Origin: Castellaniella sp.
GTDB taxonomy: Bacteria > Pseudomonadota > Gammaproteobacteria > Burkholderiales > Burkholderiaceae_B
Direction: 5' to 3'
NCBI RefSeq assembly: GCF_034675845.1
Contig: NZ_JAUCCU010000001.1
Location: 1,012,931 to 1,036,930 of the forward strand
Length of the DNA stretch: 24,000 nt
A model generated the notes under the pieces. The model did not search any database, had not been told where the DNA came from, and saw only the letters and a list, made by a program, of their open reading frames with translations. This document shows positions 1-11,046 of this stretch, one piece after another (position 1 is the first letter of the stretch; the number at the start of each line of letters is the position of its first letter). Made by a program: the position numbers and the translations under genes.

Positions 1-286
1 TGTCAACACTGATGTTGCTGAGATTACGGAACAGCAGCACCAGAATGGCCAGCCCGATGGCAGCCTCGGCGGCAGCGACGGTCAGCACGAAAAACACGAA
101 TACCTGCCCGTCAGGATTGCCCGACCAGGCGGAAAACGCGACAAAATTCATGTTGGCGGAGAGCAGAATGAGCTCGATCGACATCAGCAGCACGATCAGG
201 TTGCGCCGATTGAGAAAAAACCCGAATACACCCGTGGCAAACAGGATTGCCCCGACAATCAGATAATGGCTAAGTCCGATTTCCAT
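1..286 (-). CDS. nuoK: NADH-quinone oxidoreductase subunit K (N-terminal part; C-terminus runs off the window start)
   Basis: Absent from the ORF track because it is open at the window edge. The reverse complement from ATG at 286 reads [54 protein letters not shown]..., a typical NuoK/ND4L N-terminus. Its start overlaps the nuoJ stop (TGATG). Its position after nuoJ fits nuoA-N order. Confidence 0.9.
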   Translation of the reverse strand, partial: MEIGLSHYLIVGAILFATGVFGFFLNRRNLIVLLMSIELILLSANMNFVAFSAWSGNPDGQVFVFFVLTVAAAEAAIGLAILVLLFRNLSNISVD

Positions 287-909
287 CATTTTTCGGCTCC
301 TTCGGATTCGGCTGGGGTATCCACCACGGTGGCCATCTGCACCACGCGGATGCGATCGGCAGCCTTGACCCGAACCTGGCGGTTGGGGTGGGTGCGTTTA
401 TAGTCGGTGCGGGCGCGCATGGTCAGGGCAATGGCGGCAATCATACCCACCAGCAGGATCAGCCCACCAATCTGCACGGCATACGCGAAATGCGTGTACA
501 TGGCGGTCCCCAGCACCAGGGTATTGTCGACGTTATCAGCCGGCAATTGCAGCGGCGGCGCATTGCCCCAGGCACGCAGCACCACAAAGACCATTTCGGC
601 CACCATGATCCCACCGATGACCAGCCCCAAAGGCAGATAGACCTTCATGCCGCTCTGGAGGCCTTCCAGGCGCATGTCCAGCATCATCACCACGAACAGG
701 AACAGCACCATCACGGCGCCGACATAGACGATCACCAGGGCCAAGGCCAGGAACTCGGCCTGGATCAGCATCCACATCATGGAGGCTGTGAAAAAGGCCA
801 GAATCAGGTGCAAGACCCCAGTGACGGGGCTGGTAGCCGTGATGACGCGAAACGCCGCCACGACCAGCACAATGGCCAACAGATAAAAAAGAATTGAATC
901 AAAACTCAT
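286..909 (-). CDS. nuoJ: NADH-quinone oxidoreductase subunit J
   Basis: ORF 286..1272 stays open far upstream, but only the part from ATG 909 ([25 protein letters not shown]...) is a hydrophobic NuoJ/ND6-like protein of 207 aa. GGAAG lies 7 nt upstream of that ATG. The upstream extension overlaps nuoI in another frame. Confidence 0.9.
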   Translation of the reverse strand: MSFDSILFYLLAIVLVVAAFRVITATSPVTGVLHLILAFFTASMMWMLIQAEFLALALVIVYVGAVMVLFLFVVMMLDMRLEGLQSGMKVYLPLGLVIGGIMVAEMVFVVLRAWGNAPPLQLPADNVDNTLVLGTAMYTHFAYAVQIGGLILLVGMIAAIALTMRARTDYKRTHPNRQVRVKAADRIRVVQMATVVDTPAESEGAEK

Positions 910-925
910 GGTCGGTCTTCCGGCA

Positions 926-1414
926 TCAGCGATAAGGTGCGTCGGCGGCGCGACGGGCGGCGATTTCCGGCTCGTAGCGATCCCCCACGGCCAGCAGCAT
1001 GTCCTTGGTGTAGTACAGATCACCTCGTTTTTCGCCGTGGTATTCGTACAGATGGGTCTCGACGATGGCATCGGTCGGACAGGCTTCTTCGCAGAAACCA
1101 CAGAAGATGCACTTGGCCAGATCGATATCGTAGCGTGTGGTGCGACGGCTGCCGTCCTCGCGCTGTTCTGATTCGATGGTAATGGCCAATGCCGGACAGA
1201 CGGCCTCGCAAAGCTTGCAGGCAATGCAACGTTCCTCGCCGTTATCGTAGCGGCGCTGCGCATGCAGACCACGGAAACGCGGCGACGTAGGCGTGTTTTC
1301 CATCGGGTAGCGCAAGGTGATCTTGCGCTTGAAGAAGTATTTGCCCGTCAGGCGCATGCCTTCGAGCATTTCCTTCAGCATCAGACTGCCGAAGAAGTCT
1401 TTGATTGCTTCCAT
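926..1414 (-). CDS. nuoI: NADH-quinone oxidoreductase subunit I (2x[4Fe-4S] ferredoxin-type)
   Basis: 162 aa with two CxxCxxCxxxCP motifs ([24 protein letters not shown]). Lies between nuoH and nuoJ. Confidence 0.95.
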   Translation of the reverse strand: MEAIKDFFGSLMLKEMLEGMRLTGKYFFKRKITLRYPMENTPTSPRFRGLHAQRRYDNGEERCIACKLCEAVCPALAITIESEQREDGSRRTTRYDIDLAKCIFCGFCEEACPTDAIVETHLYEYHGEKRGDLYYTKDMLLAVGDRYEPEIAARRAADAPYR

Positions 1415-1424
1415 GATGATCCCC

Positions 1425-2501
1425 TTACTGCTGCCAGATGTTCCAGGGCGTCTGCATCCAGATCGCCACCACCACCAGCCAGACCCCCGTCAGGGGGATG
1501 AAGACCTTCCAGCCCAGACGCATGATCTGGTCGTAGCGGTAGCGCGGGAAGGTGGCGCGGAACCAAATGAACATGGATACGACGACAAAGGTCTTGATGC
1601 CCAGCCAGAGCCAGCCCGGCACCCAGGTAAAGGGCGCGATATCCAGCGGCGGCAGCCAGCCGCCCAGGAACATGACCGCTGCCATGGCCGACAGCAAAAT
1701 CATATTGGCATATTCGCCCAGGAAGAACAGGGCGAAGCCCATGCCCGAGTATTCGACCATATGGCCGGCGACGATTTCGGACTCGCACTCAGCCATGTCG
1801 AAGGGGTGGCGGTTGGTTTCGGCCACCGAAGCGATGATGTAGATGATGAACAGCGGGAACAGCGGCAGCCAGTTCCAGGACAGAATGCTGACGCCATGAT
1901 CGGCAAACCAGCCCATCCCCTGCCCCTGGACGATGCCAGAGAGATTCAGTGTGCCCGAGACCAGCAGCACCGTCACCAGGACAAAGCCCACCGCCAATTC
2001 GTAGGAAACCATCTGAGCCGAAGCGCGCAGGGCAGCCAACAGAGCGTATTTGGAATTGGACGCCCAGCCAGCCACAATCACGCCGTACACACCGACCGAC
2101 GTGATGGCCAGGATGAACAGCAGTCCGGCATTGATGTTGGCCAGCACGACTTCAGGCTGGAACGGAATCACCGCCCAGGCCGCCAGCGCCGGTGTCAGCG
2201 TCACAATGGGCGCCACAATATACAGGACCGGGTTGGCTTTGCTGGGGACGATGAGTTCCTTGGTCAGCAGCTTGAACACATCGGCAAACGGCTGCAACAG
2301 GCCGCGATAGCCGACGCGGTTAGGCCCCAGGCGCACGTGCATGAAGCCGATCATCTTGCGTTCCCAGTACGTGAGATAAGCCACGCACAGGATGATGGGG
2401 ACGGCAATGACGACGATTTTCACCAGCGTCCAGACCACCAGCCAAGGGGTGGCACCGATCATCTCGGTACCGTAGGCGTTAAGGATATTCAACCAGTCCA
2501 T
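1425..2501 (-). CDS. nuoH: NADH-quinone oxidoreductase subunit H
   Basis: 358-aa polytopic membrane protein with NuoH/ND1-like sequence (…[20 protein letters not shown]…). Its ATG overlaps the nuoG stop by 1 nt (TAATG). Confidence 0.95.
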   Translation of the reverse strand: MDWLNILNAYGTEMIGATPWLVVWTLVKIVVIAVPIILCVAYLTYWERKMIGFMHVRLGPNRVGYRGLLQPFADVFKLLTKELIVPSKANPVLYIVAPIVTLTPALAAWAVIPFQPEVVLANINAGLLFILAITSVGVYGVIVAGWASNSKYALLAALRASAQMVSYELAVGFVLVTVLLVSGTLNLSGIVQGQGMGWFADHGVSILSWNWLPLFPLFIIYIIASVAETNRHPFDMAECESEIVAGHMVEYSGMGFALFFLGEYANMILLSAMAAVMFLGGWLPPLDIAPFTWVPGWLWLGIKTFVVVSMFIWFRATFPRYRYDQIMRLGWKVFIPLTGVWLVVVAIWMQTPWNIWQQ

Positions 2502-4834
2502 TAGCGTCGCTCCAGCTGGATGGCACCTGAGCCCATGCCCAGGGCTGCGGTCTGTTCAAAGGCGCCGGCGATACGCACAGCATCGTCAGCCACGGTATCG
2601 TCCCGGGCAGCAGTCAGGTCCACCGATCCGTGGACACTGGACACCCGCACGGCATCACCGGCGGACAAGCCCTGCGCCTGCAGCGTGGCGGCATTCATGG
2701 CGGCCTGCGGCGGCGCCGAATTGATGTGTTCCTGCAGCGGCTGCGATCGGCGCACCAAGGCATCCGTGCGATAGATGGGGAGTTCGGCCACACGTTCGAG
2801 GCCAACTGCCTGAGCGGCGGCCACGCCCGGTGCCTGGCGGATCTCGTTGGACAGGCGTCCATCCACCCCACCGACCATCACCGTGTCGCGCACAGATTCG
2901 GAGGTCTCGTCGTCGAAGCCTTGCAGCCCCAGGAGATTGCCCAGCACGCGCAGCACCTTCCAGCCCGGACGGGTATCGCCCACCGGGGCAGCCACGCCCT
3001 TGAAGCTTTGCACTCGGCCTTCGGCATTGACAAAAGAACCGGAGGTCTCGGTGAACGGCGCGATCGGCAGCATGACGTCAGCCCAATCCTCGGCCGCCGA
3101 ACGGAACGCCGTGAAGGCCACGGCCATGGCCGAGCCTTGCAGCGCACGCACGGCGCGTTCGCCGAGCTCGCTGTCCAGGCGCGGTTCGGCATGCAGCACC
3201 AGATACGTCTTAAGCGGATCACCACCCAGCATCTGGCGGGCATTTAAGCCGCCAGCGGCAGGCACTGCACCGGCCAGATAGCCACCCACCGTATTGCCGC
3301 CCGAGGTCAGGAAGCCGAAGCGTCCTCCTGCCAGTTGAGCGATCAACTGGGCATTGGCAGCCAGCAAGGCAACCTGATCGTCGGACACGGCCAGGTTGCC
3401 CATGAAAACAGCCACGCGTTCGCCCGAAGCCAGGCTATCGGCGATGGCGCGAGCGGCATCGCCTGGTTGGACGCCCGTGAGGGTGTCGGGCAGCGGCTGG
3501 GACTTCAGTGCGGCCAAGGCCACGGCGATTTCAGCCAGTGCCTGAACCACGCCGGAGGGCTTGACCGTGATGCGACCGGCGACAGGCACCAGCGGGTCCG
3601 TCGCCACGCTATCAACCAGCGAAAGTTGCATGCCCTGTTTAGCGGCCTGGCGCAGACGCTGGGCCATCAGGGGGTGGTCTTTGCGCAGGAAGGAGCCCAC
3701 CACCAGGGCGCGGTCCAGCGTATTGAGATCGGCAATCGGCATGCCCAACCAAGGAGCACCACCCCGCACGGCGTCCAGGGCCGCGCTATCGCCGCGCAGA
3801 CGGAAGTCGATGTTCTCGGAGCCCAGGGCGCGAGTCAGACGCGCCAGCAAGGCGAGTTCTTCAAGAGTAGCGGTTTCGGTGCCCAGGACACCGATCTGGC
3901 TGGCGCCACCGTCTTCGCGCACCTGATTCAGGCCGGTCACCACGGACTGCAGGGCGTCGGACCAGGAGGCCTCGTGCCACTGGCCATCGCAGCCACGCAC
4001 CATGGGGTGCTGCAGGCGATCCTCGACGTACAGACCAGCATACGAGAAGCGGTCACGGTCGCTGATCCAGCATTCGTTGATCGGCTCGTTTTCAAAAGGC
4101 ACCACGCGCAGGACGCGGTCCATCTTGCTTTGCACGACCAGATTGGCCCCAACGCTGTCATGCGGGCTGATGGAACGGCGACGGGCGAGTTCCCAGGTAC
4201 GCGCACCCATCATGAAGGGCTTGGACAGCAAGGCCCCCACCGGACAGACGTCAATCATATTGCCGGAGAGTTCGGATTCGACGGCCTCGCCCACAAACGT
4301 GGTGATTTCGGAGAATTCACCCCGATTGAGCATGCCGATTTCCATGATGCCGCCGATTTCCTGGCCCACGCGTACGCAGCGGGTGCAGTGAATGCAACGC
4401 TGCATTTGTTCGGCTGAAATCAGTGGGCCCATGGGCTTATGGAAGACCACGCGCTTGGTTTCCTTGTAGCGCGAGGCGGATTCGCCATAGCCCATGGCCA
4501 GATCCTGCAGCTGGCATTCGCCACCCTGATCGCACACGGGGCAATCCAGGGGGTGATTGATCAGCAGGAACTCCATCACGGCGCGTTGCGCCTCGACGGC
4601 TTTGGGAGATCGCGTGTACACCACCATGCCGTTGGTGACTGGTGTGGCACAGGCCGGCAGTTGTTTGGGGGCCTTTTCGACCTCGACCAGACACATGCGG
4701 CAGTTGGCGGCAATGCTGAGTTTCTTGTGATAACAGAAATGCGGAATGTACAGCCCGGCCGCATGAGCAGCCTGGATGACCATGCTGCCTTCTTCGGCTT
4801 GGACTTTGAGCCCATCAATGGTGAGTTCTACCAT
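2501..4834 (-). CDS. nuoG: NADH-quinone oxidoreductase subunit G (75-kDa Fe-S subunit)
   Basis: 777 aa. It has an N-terminal 2Fe-2S ferredoxin-like segment ([19 protein letters not shown]), further Cys clusters ([15 protein letters not shown]) and a molybdopterin-oxidoreductase-like body. Confidence 0.95.
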   Translation of the reverse strand: MVELTIDGLKVQAEEGSMVIQAAHAAGLYIPHFCYHKKLSIAANCRMCLVEVEKAPKQLPACATPVTNGMVVYTRSPKAVEAQRAVMEFLLINHPLDCPVCDQGGECQLQDLAMGYGESASRYKETKRVVFHKPMGPLISAEQMQRCIHCTRCVRVGQEIGGIMEIGMLNRGEFSEITTFVGEAVESELSGNMIDVCPVGALLSKPFMMGARTWELARRRSISPHDSVGANLVVQSKMDRVLRVVPFENEPINECWISDRDRFSYAGLYVEDRLQHPMVRGCDGQWHEASWSDALQSVVTGLNQVREDGGASQIGVLGTETATLEELALLARLTRALGSENIDFRLRGDSAALDAVRGGAPWLGMPIADLNTLDRALVVGSFLRKDHPLMAQRLRQAAKQGMQLSLVDSVATDPLVPVAGRITVKPSGVVQALAEIAVALAALKSQPLPDTLTGVQPGDAARAIADSLASGERVAVFMGNLAVSDDQVALLAANAQLIAQLAGGRFGFLTSGGNTVGGYLAGAVPAAGGLNARQMLGGDPLKTYLVLHAEPRLDSELGERAVRALQGSAMAVAFTAFRSAAEDWADVMLPIAPFTETSGSFVNAEGRVQSFKGVAAPVGDTRPGWKVLRVLGNLLGLQGFDDETSESVRDTVMVGGVDGRLSNEIRQAPGVAAAQAVGLERVAELPIYRTDALVRRSQPLQEHINSAPPQAAMNAATLQAQGLSAGDAVRVSSVHGSVDLTAARDDTVADDAVRIAGAFEQTAALGMGSGAIQLERR

Positions 4835-4848
4835 GGCTTGTCCTGACC

Positions 4849-6219
4849 CTACAGATACTTGGCAACCACACAGTCTTGGTGGTCGACGTGGTGGACGAAT
4901 TCGTCGCGGAAGTGCTTGATGAAGCTGCGTACCGGCATAGCGGCGGCGTCGGCCAGCGCACAGATGGTGCGACCCATCATGTTGTGCGCCACCGAGTCCA
5001 GGGTTTCGATGTCTTCCATCGTGCCCTGGCCATGTTCCATGCGCTGCATCATGCGATACAGCCAGCCTGTGCCTTCACGGCACGGCGTGCACTGACCGCA
5101 GGATTCTTCCATGTAGAAGAACGACAAGCGCATCAGTGATTTCACCATGCAGCGGGTTTCATCCATGACGATGACCGCGCCTGAACCCAGCATGGAGCCG
5201 GCCTTGGCAATGGAGTCATAGTCCATGTTGGTGTTCATCATGATGTCGGCAGGCAGCACGGGCGACGAGGAACCACCCGGAATGACGGCTTTCAGCTTAC
5301 GTCCGCCCTTGACCCCGCCGGCGAGTTCCAACAAGGTAGAAAACGGCGTGCCCAGGGGGATTTCGTAGTTTCCGGGCAGTTCGACATCACCCGAAATGGA
5401 AAAGATCTTTGTCCCGCCGGCTTTTTCGATACCCGCCTCCAGGTAGGCCTGGCCCCCCATCTGAAACACAAAAGGCACCGAGGCGAATGTTTCAGTATTG
5501 TTGATGGTGGTGGGCTTGCCGTACAGGCCAAAGCTGGCTGGAAACGGCGGCTTGAAGCGCGGCTGACCTTTTTTTCCTTCCAGGGATTCGAGCAACGCGG
5601 TTTCTTCGCCACAGATATAGGCGCCAAAACCATGGTGGGCATGCAGCTGGAACGAAAAATCCGTCCCCAGAATGCGGTCGCCCAGAAAGCCGGCCTGACG
5701 GGCCTGTTCGAGGGCCTCTTCGAAGCGGCTGTAAACCTGGAAGATCTCGCCGTGGATATAGTTGTAGCCCACGGATGCGCCCATGGCGTAACCGCCGATG
5801 ATCATGCCCTCGATCACGGCATGCGGGTTGTAGCGCAGCAGATCGCGGTCTTTAAAGGTACCGGGTTCGCCTTCGTCGGAATTGCACACCACGTATTTCT
5901 GGCCGGGAAGCTTGCGCGGCATGAAAGACCACTTCAGGCCCGTGGGAAACCCGGCTCCCCCGCGCCCACGCAGGCTGGAGGCTTTGAGCTCGGCGACCAC
6001 GTCGTCAGGCGTCATGCCGGTCGAGAGGATTTTTTTCAGGGATTCATAGCCGCCGCGCGCCACGTAATCCTGGAGCCCCCAGTTGTCGCCGTTCAGGCCG
6101 GCCAACATCATGGGTTTGATATGGCGACCATGGAAGATCATGCTGCGCGCAGGATTATCACCCAAGGCAGGATTCAGCGCATCCGTGCCGTATTTTTGCA
6201 AAACATCCAGGGCGCTCAT
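4849..6219 (-). CDS. nuoF: NADH-quinone oxidoreductase subunit F (NADH/FMN-binding)
   Basis: 456 aa with [15 protein letters not shown] (FMN/NADH site) and [12 protein letters not shown] (4Fe-4S). ATGA overlap with nuoE. Confidence 0.95.
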   Translation of the reverse strand: MSALDVLQKYGTDALNPALGDNPARSMIFHGRHIKPMMLAGLNGDNWGLQDYVARGGYESLKKILSTGMTPDDVVAELKASSLRGRGGAGFPTGLKWSFMPRKLPGQKYVVCNSDEGEPGTFKDRDLLRYNPHAVIEGMIIGGYAMGASVGYNYIHGEIFQVYSRFEEALEQARQAGFLGDRILGTDFSFQLHAHHGFGAYICGEETALLESLEGKKGQPRFKPPFPASFGLYGKPTTINNTETFASVPFVFQMGGQAYLEAGIEKAGGTKIFSISGDVELPGNYEIPLGTPFSTLLELAGGVKGGRKLKAVIPGGSSSPVLPADIMMNTNMDYDSIAKAGSMLGSGAVIVMDETRCMVKSLMRLSFFYMEESCGQCTPCREGTGWLYRMMQRMEHGQGTMEDIETLDSVAHNMMGRTICALADAAAMPVRSFIKHFRDEFVHHVDHQDCVVAKYL

Positions 6220-6707
6220 GCCGACTCCTTCAGTTCGCGGATCAGGGCATCGATTTTTTCAGGCTGCATGCGGCAGCACATATGTTTGCCATTGGCAATC
6301 ATCACCGGCGCATCGCCGCAGGCGCCCATGCATTCACCCTCGAGCAAGGTGAACATGCCATCCGGCGTGGTCTCGTGAAAATCGATCCCGAGCGTGTCCT
6401 TGAGGTGCTGGGCCGACTGCGTGCTGCCCTGCAAGGCACAGGGAAGATTGGTGCAGATCGTCAGCGTGTAACGCCCTACTGGCTGGGTGTTGTACATACC
6501 ATAGAAGGTCGCGACTTCCTGGACGGCAATGGGCGGCATGCCCAGGTAGTCCGCCACGTCGCGAATGACTTCGGGCGACACCCAGGATTTTTCATCCTGG
6601 GCAATGGTCAGCGCAGCCATTACGGCGGATCGTTTTTGATCCGCCGGATATTTAGTGATTTCCCGGTCGATATCCCGGTAGGCTTGTTCGGAAAGCAGCA
6701 TCGTCAT
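6216..6707 (-). CDS. nuoE: NADH-quinone oxidoreductase subunit E (2Fe-2S)
   Basis: Thioredoxin-like 2Fe-2S subunit ([10 protein letters not shown]…CMGACGDAP). The ORF-track start at 6770 would overlap nuoD. I prefer ATG 6707 (AGGA just upstream), or ATG 6701 giving MLLSEQAY…; the exact start is uncertain by 2 codons. Confidence 0.9.
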   Translation of the reverse strand: MTMLLSEQAYRDIDREITKYPADQKRSAVMAALTIAQDEKSWVSPEVIRDVADYLGMPPIAVQEVATFYGMYNTQPVGRYTLTICTNLPCALQGSTQSAQHLKDTLGIDFHETTPDGMFTLLEGECMGACGDAPVMIANGKHMCCRMQPEKIDALIRELKESA

Positions 6708-6729
6708 GGTTCCTGTGGTGTCCGGGCCT

Positions 6730-7983
6730 TTAGCGATCGATTTCGCCAAACACGATGTCCTGGGTACCAATAATGGTGACCACGTCGGAGATCATGTGGC
6801 CCTTGGACATTTCTTCAAGCGCGTGCAAATGGGCAAAACCCGGCGCACGAATTTTCATGCGATAGGGTTTATTGGCGCCATCGGACACCAAGTAGATGCC
6901 GAACTCGCCCTTGGGGTGCTCGACGGCGGCATAGGATTCGCCTTCAGGCACGTGCATGCCTTCAGTGAAGAGCTTGAAATGGTGGATCATGTCTTCCATG
7001 CCGGTCTTCATGTGCTCGCGCTTTGGCGGAGCGACCTTGTGATTGCCGGTGATGACGGGGCCGGGATTGTTGCGCAACCATTCGATGCACTGGCGAATGA
7101 TGCGGTTGGATTGGCGCATTTCCTCGATGCGGCACAGGTAGCGGTCGTAGCAATCGCCATTGGTACCCACGGGAATATCGAACTCGACGCGGTCATAGAC
7201 CTCGTAGGGCTGTTTCTTGCGCAAATCCCACTCGATCCCCGAACCGCGCAGCATGGGGCCGGTGAAACCCAACGCCAAGGCGCGCTCTGGCGATACCACC
7301 CCGACATCGACCAAGCGCTGCTTCCAGATACGGTTATCGGTCAGCAGCACTTCGTACTCGTCCACGCAGGCGGGGAAGCGATTGGTGAAGTCCTCGATGA
7401 AATCCAGCAAAGACCCGGAGCGCGCCTCGTTCATGGCACGCAGTTCTTTGTCGGAACGGTATTTGGAGCCCTTGTATTGGGGCATGGTATCGGGCAGATC
7501 GCGGTAGACGCCGCCTGGCCGGTAGTAGGCTGCGTGCATGCGCGCACCGGAGACGGCCTCGTAGCAATCCATCAGGTCTTCGCGCTCGCGGAATGCATAC
7601 AGAAACACCGCCATGGCACCCACGTCCAGCGCATGCGAGCCCAGGGACATCAAGTGATTCAGGATACGGGTGATCTCGTCGAACATCACGCGTATGTACT
7701 GCGCCCGCAGCGGGATCTGAATGCCCAACAGGCGCTCGACCGACAGGCAATACGCGTGCTCATTGCACATCATGGACACATAGTCCAGGCGATCCATATA
7801 AGGCAAGGTCTGCAGAAATGTGCGGTGTTCGGCCAGTTTTTCGGTGGCGCGATGCAGCAAACCGATATGCGGATCCGCCCGCTGGACGACTTCGCCGTCA
7901 AGTTCGAGCACCAGGCGCAGCACCCCGTGCGCAGCCGGATGCTGAGGGCCGAAGTTAAGGTTGTAGTTCTGGATTTCTGCCAT
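6730..7983 (-). CDS. nuoD: NADH-quinone oxidoreductase subunit D (49-kDa)
   Basis: 417 aa beginning [31 protein letters not shown]…, the conserved NuoD signature. Lies between nuoC and nuoE. Confidence 0.95.
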   Translation of the reverse strand: MAEIQNYNLNFGPQHPAAHGVLRLVLELDGEVVQRADPHIGLLHRATEKLAEHRTFLQTLPYMDRLDYVSMMCNEHAYCLSVERLLGIQIPLRAQYIRVMFDEITRILNHLMSLGSHALDVGAMAVFLYAFREREDLMDCYEAVSGARMHAAYYRPGGVYRDLPDTMPQYKGSKYRSDKELRAMNEARSGSLLDFIEDFTNRFPACVDEYEVLLTDNRIWKQRLVDVGVVSPERALALGFTGPMLRGSGIEWDLRKKQPYEVYDRVEFDIPVGTNGDCYDRYLCRIEEMRQSNRIIRQCIEWLRNNPGPVITGNHKVAPPKREHMKTGMEDMIHHFKLFTEGMHVPEGESYAAVEHPKGEFGIYLVSDGANKPYRMKIRAPGFAHLHALEEMSKGHMISDVVTIIGTQDIVFGEIDR

Positions 7984-7984
7984 A

Positions 7985-8602
7985 TCAGTACCGCTCTATG
8001 CCGTAGTGGTCCTCGCGCACCACGCGCGGCGTGATTTCACGCGGCTCGATGGTGACGGGCTGGTAAATGACGCGTTTTTGTTCGGCGTCGTAGCGCATTT
8101 CCACATGCCCGGAAATCGGGAAGTCCTTGCGGAAAGGGTGACCGATGAAACCATAGTCAGTGAGAATCCGGCGCAGGTCCGGGTGGCCTTCGAAGACGAT
8201 GCCATACAGGTCGAAGGCTTCGCGTTCGAACCAATTGACAGCCGGCCAGATATCGACCAGGGATGCCACCACGGGGAACTCATCGTGCTCGGCGTAGACC
8301 CGCACGCGCAGGCGCCAGTTATGGGTGACCGACAGCAGATGGATAACCACCGCAAAGCGATGCGGATGGATATGGCTGTGGTCTGCGCTGTAAGTGGGGG
8401 CCTTCCAGGCGGAATAATCCAGTCCGCACAGGTCCATACAGGATTCAAACCGCAGGTCGGCGTGATCGCGCAGCGTGCGGCAGACGTCGACCCAAGCAGA
8501 CTGGGGTAATTGCAGGGTAAGCTCGCCCAGGGATTCGGTCAGGTCGATCGAATTCCCCAGGACATCGCGTAAATTGGTTTCTAAGGTCTGTAGCCGTGTC
8601 AT
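7985..8602 (-). CDS. nuoC: NADH-quinone oxidoreductase subunit C (30-kDa)
   Basis: 205 aa, NuoC-like (…[27 protein letters not shown]…). Its stop is 1 nt from the nuoD start. Confidence 0.95.
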   Translation of the reverse strand: MTRLQTLETNLRDVLGNSIDLTESLGELTLQLPQSAWVDVCRTLRDHADLRFESCMDLCGLDYSAWKAPTYSADHSHIHPHRFAVVIHLLSVTHNWRLRVRVYAEHDEFPVVASLVDIWPAVNWFEREAFDLYGIVFEGHPDLRRILTDYGFIGHPFRKDFPISGHVEMRYDAEQKRVIYQPVTIEPREITPRVVREDHYGIERY

Positions 8603-8679
8603 ATGCGGATCGTCATGGTCGGATCAAAAGGGAGCTGCCAGGCGAAGAACGGAGATACTCCCGGCCTTCGGGCATCCCG

Positions 8680-9156
8680 CTAGCGAGCAATGGTATTGGT
8701 CAGGCGGATTTTGTTTTGCATCTGCAACAAACCGTAGACCAGGGCTTCAGCCGTCGGCGGACAGCCCGGCACATAGACATCGACGGGCACGATACGGTCA
8801 CAGCCACGCACCACCGAATAGGAATAATGGTAGTAGCCGCCACCGTTGGCACAGGACCCCATGGAAACCACCCAGCGGGGCTCCGGCATCTGGTCGTAGA
8901 CCTTGCGCAGGGCCGGCGCCATCTTGTTGCATAGCGTACCGGCGACGATCATCAGGTCGGATTGACGAGGACTGGGCCGGAAAATAATGCCGAACTGATC
9001 CAGGTCGTAGCGCGCCGCGCCCGCATGCATCATTTCGACCGCACAGCAGGCCAGACCGAAGGTCATGGGCCACAGCGAGCCGGTTTTCGCCCAGTTGAGG
9101 AATTTATCCGCACTGGTTGTCATGAAGCCTTTTTCCATGACGCCTTCAACAGCCAT
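8680..9156 (-). CDS. nuoB: NADH-quinone oxidoreductase subunit B (20-kDa, N2 cluster)
   Basis: 158 aa with [18 protein letters not shown] and PGCPP cluster-binding motifs. Confidence 0.95.
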   Translation of the reverse strand: MAVEGVMEKGFMTTSADKFLNWAKTGSLWPMTFGLACCAVEMMHAGAARYDLDQFGIIFRPSPRQSDLMIVAGTLCNKMAPALRKVYDQMPEPRWVVSMGSCANGGGYYHYSYSVVRGCDRIVPVDVYVPGCPPTAEALVYGLLQMQNKIRLTNTIAR

Positions 9157-9168
9157 TTTGCTTACCCC

Positions 9169-9528
9169 TTATTCCCAATCCAGCGCACCGCGGCGCCATT
9201 CGTAGATGAAGCCCACCGTCAGGATGCCCAAAAAGATGGCAACCGCCCAGAAGCCCACCATGCCCACTGCGCCATTCGCCATCGCCCAAGGGAACAAAAA
9301 TGCGATTTCCAGGTCAAACATGATGAACAGAATGGCCACCAGGTAGTAGCGCACGTCGAATTTCATGCGCGAATCACCGAAGGATTCGAAGCCGCATTCG
9401 TAGACGGAGAGCTTTTCGGCATCGGGGATATTGCGCCCCAGCAAACGCCCCGCCACCAGCAGTGCCGAGCCAATCAGCGTGGCAACGATGATGAAAAGCA
9501 GCACCGGAAAGTACTGTTCTAGATTCAT
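9169..9528 (-). CDS. nuoA: NADH-quinone oxidoreductase subunit A
   Basis: 119-aa three-helix membrane protein (…[39 protein letters not shown]…). First gene of the operon. Confidence 0.95.
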   Translation of the reverse strand: MNLEQYFPVLLFIIVATLIGSALLVAGRLLGRNIPDAEKLSVYECGFESFGDSRMKFDVRYYLVAILFIMFDLEIAFLFPWAMANGAVGMVGFWAVAIFLGILTVGFIYEWRRGALDWE

Positions 9529-9562
9529 GGATGGCCCCTGCCAAAGAAGATCAAACTACAGG

Positions 9563-9590
9563 ATTGTAGCATTTCGACAAGCACTGTCGT
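9563..9590 (-). promoter_or_regulatory. Candidate sigma70-type nuo promoter (-35 ACGACA, 16-nt spacer, -10 TACAAT)
   Basis: On the minus strand, ACGACA is at 9590-9585 and TACAAT at 9568-9563, about 35 nt upstream of the nuoA ATG. Hexamer match by eye only. Confidence 0.3.
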
Positions 9591-9643
9591 GGGGAAAACC
9601 AGTAGGCTGCGCATTTGGTCGCGATGGGGTCAGAGAAGCACAA

Positions 9644-9671
9644 ACAGGCTTTCAGAGACCTGAAAGCCTGT
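9644..9671 (-). terminator. Intrinsic-terminator-like hairpin downstream of the tryptophan permease gene
   Basis: Perfect 12-bp inverted repeat ACAGGCTTTCAG-agac-CTGAAAGCCTGT, 18 nt past the permease stop (9689). On the minus strand it is followed by TTTGTGCTTCTCT. Confidence 0.6.
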
Positions 9672-9688
9672 ATCAAGATACTGCAGGC

Positions 9689-10909
9689 TTAAAGCACGTA
9701 CACCGGCAGCAAATTCGCCATGTTCAGCAGGTGGAAGATTGCCGCCAGCACCCCGAAAGCAATCACGATCCAGGCCAAGGCATTACCGCCGGGGCATTTG
9801 AAGCCAGTATCCCGACCGGCCTGCAAGCGACGACTTTTAATCACCAGCCAGCCCGGGATGATGCACGTCCAGATGGTCGCCACAGCACCTGCGTAGCTGA
9901 TGGCAAATACAAAGCCGAAAGGCACCAGCAAAGATCCCAGCAGCGGCGGCAAAAAAGTAACCAGGGATGTTTTCAGACGTCCCATGCGGGTGTCTGCTAT
10001 ACCCAGCAGATCGGCCATGTAATCAAACAGCCCCAGCCCCACGCCGATGAACGACGATAAAATGGCCGCCATCGAAAAAGCTGTCAGCATATTGTGCACA
10101 AACGATGAATTGACGGTGTCGCCAATGGCTGTCAGCAAGGTATCCACATCCCCACCCGCCGCCATCACCGGACCGAACTCTGGGCGCGGCACATTGCCAA
10201 ACACCCCCAGCAGCCACACCACATAAAAGACGACTGCAATGCCCGTACCACCCAGGATGGCCAGACTGGCGCGCCGCTCGTCGCGATAATAAATCCGCAT
10301 GGAAGCCACCGAATGGTGGTAGCCGAATGACGTCACCGCCACCGGCACCAGCACCAGGGCGTACTTGGCATAGGATTCATCCATCTGGCTGTGGTTCAGC
10401 AAGACGGCAAGATCGATATTCGCCACCAAGCCATAGACGCTCAGGCCGAAGGTGCCCAGCATCAAAATGATCAACAAGGTAGAGACGCGATCCACCAGGC
10501 GGGTCGACCACCAGACCAAGGCCCCAAAAACAATGACATACAAGATGGCGGCGAACTTGCTCTGCAAGCCCAACAAGCCCTGCAAAATATTACCCGCCGT
10601 GGTGGTGTACGCATACAACAGGATGGCACCCACAAAATAGACGGCCAGGTTGTTGATGACGCTGACCACCGGACCCAGCAGTTCCTTGGTCACCGTATGA
10701 AACGATGCCCGGAAATTCGGAAAGGTCTTGAAGGTTTCCAGCAACATCCAGCCCGACGCCGTCATCACGATCATGGTCAGGATAATCACCAGAATGGACC
10801 AGGCAGTCCAGGCGCCTGCCCCCGCGCTGGGCAGGGCCAGAATCCCCGCCCCCACGCAAACCCCTGCCACAATGCAGGCTCCGCCAAAAATTGAAGGCGA
10901 ACGCGCCAT
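9689..10909 (-). CDS. tnaB: Aromatic amino acid (tryptophan) permease, HAAAP family, TnaB/Mtr-like
   Basis: 406-aa polytopic protein that aligns by eye along its length with E. coli Mtr/TnaB as I recall them (…FGYHHSV…, GNVPRPEF, SSFIGVGLGLFDYMADL, GRLKTSLVTFLPPL, LLPVY C-terminus). Strong SD (AAGGAG) before ATG 10909. Lies immediately downstream of tnaA, as in the E. coli tna operon. The symbol is assigned from context. Confidence 0.78.
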   Translation of the reverse strand: MARSPSIFGGACIVAGVCVGAGILALPSAGAGAWTAWSILVIILTMIVMTASGWMLLETFKTFPNFRASFHTVTKELLGPVVSVINNLAVYFVGAILLYAYTTTAGNILQGLLGLQSKFAAILYVIVFGALVWWSTRLVDRVSTLLIILMLGTFGLSVYGLVANIDLAVLLNHSQMDESYAKYALVLVPVAVTSFGYHHSVASMRIYYRDERRASLAILGGTGIAVVFYVVWLLGVFGNVPRPEFGPVMAAGGDVDTLLTAIGDTVNSSFVHNMLTAFSMAAILSSFIGVGLGLFDYMADLLGIADTRMGRLKTSLVTFLPPLLGSLLVPFGFVFAISYAGAVATIWTCIIPGWLVIKSRRLQAGRDTGFKCPGGNALAWIVIAFGVLAAIFHLLNMANLLPVYVL

Positions 10910-10946
10910 GTTGTCTCCTTGGTATCGGCTTGGTCCCGATATGTAA

Positions 10947-10969
10947 AACCATGCCGCAAAGGCATGGTT
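10947..10969 (-). terminator. Intercistronic hairpin between tnaA and the permease (possible partial terminator/attenuator)
   Basis: AACCATGCC-gcaaa-GGCATGGTT, a 9-bp perfect stem. On the minus strand the stem runs into TTTTAC. A second GC hairpin (GCCAGCG-tg-CGCTGGC, 10984-10999) lies just upstream on the mRNA. Confidence 0.4.
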
Positions 10970-11046
10970 ATTTATTATGTGATGCCAGCGTGCGCTGGCG
11001 GCAAACCGACCCGGGCAAGCTGCACCCAGGCCCTGGAAGCGGATCT

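Noticed and set aside
910-1272. N-terminal extension of the nuoJ ORF (328-aa version), overlapping nuoI.
   Set aside because: The extension is non-hydrophobic, Ala/Arg/Pro-rich and overlaps the well-supported nuoI frame. NuoJ homology begins at ATG 909, which has its own SD.
1317-2504. Long plus-strand ORF (395 aa) antisense to nuoH. Similar long antisense ORFs occur at 388-897, 3335-4417, 5632-6378, 6706-8034, 8962-9522, 14828-16141, 16809-17615, 19552-19944 and 22806-23669.
   Set aside because: Each lies opposite a gene with an unambiguous conserved product. Their translations are low-complexity (Arg/His/Gln/Asp/Gly/Ala-rich) with no recognisable motifs. Stop-poor antisense frames are expected in GC-biased coding DNA.
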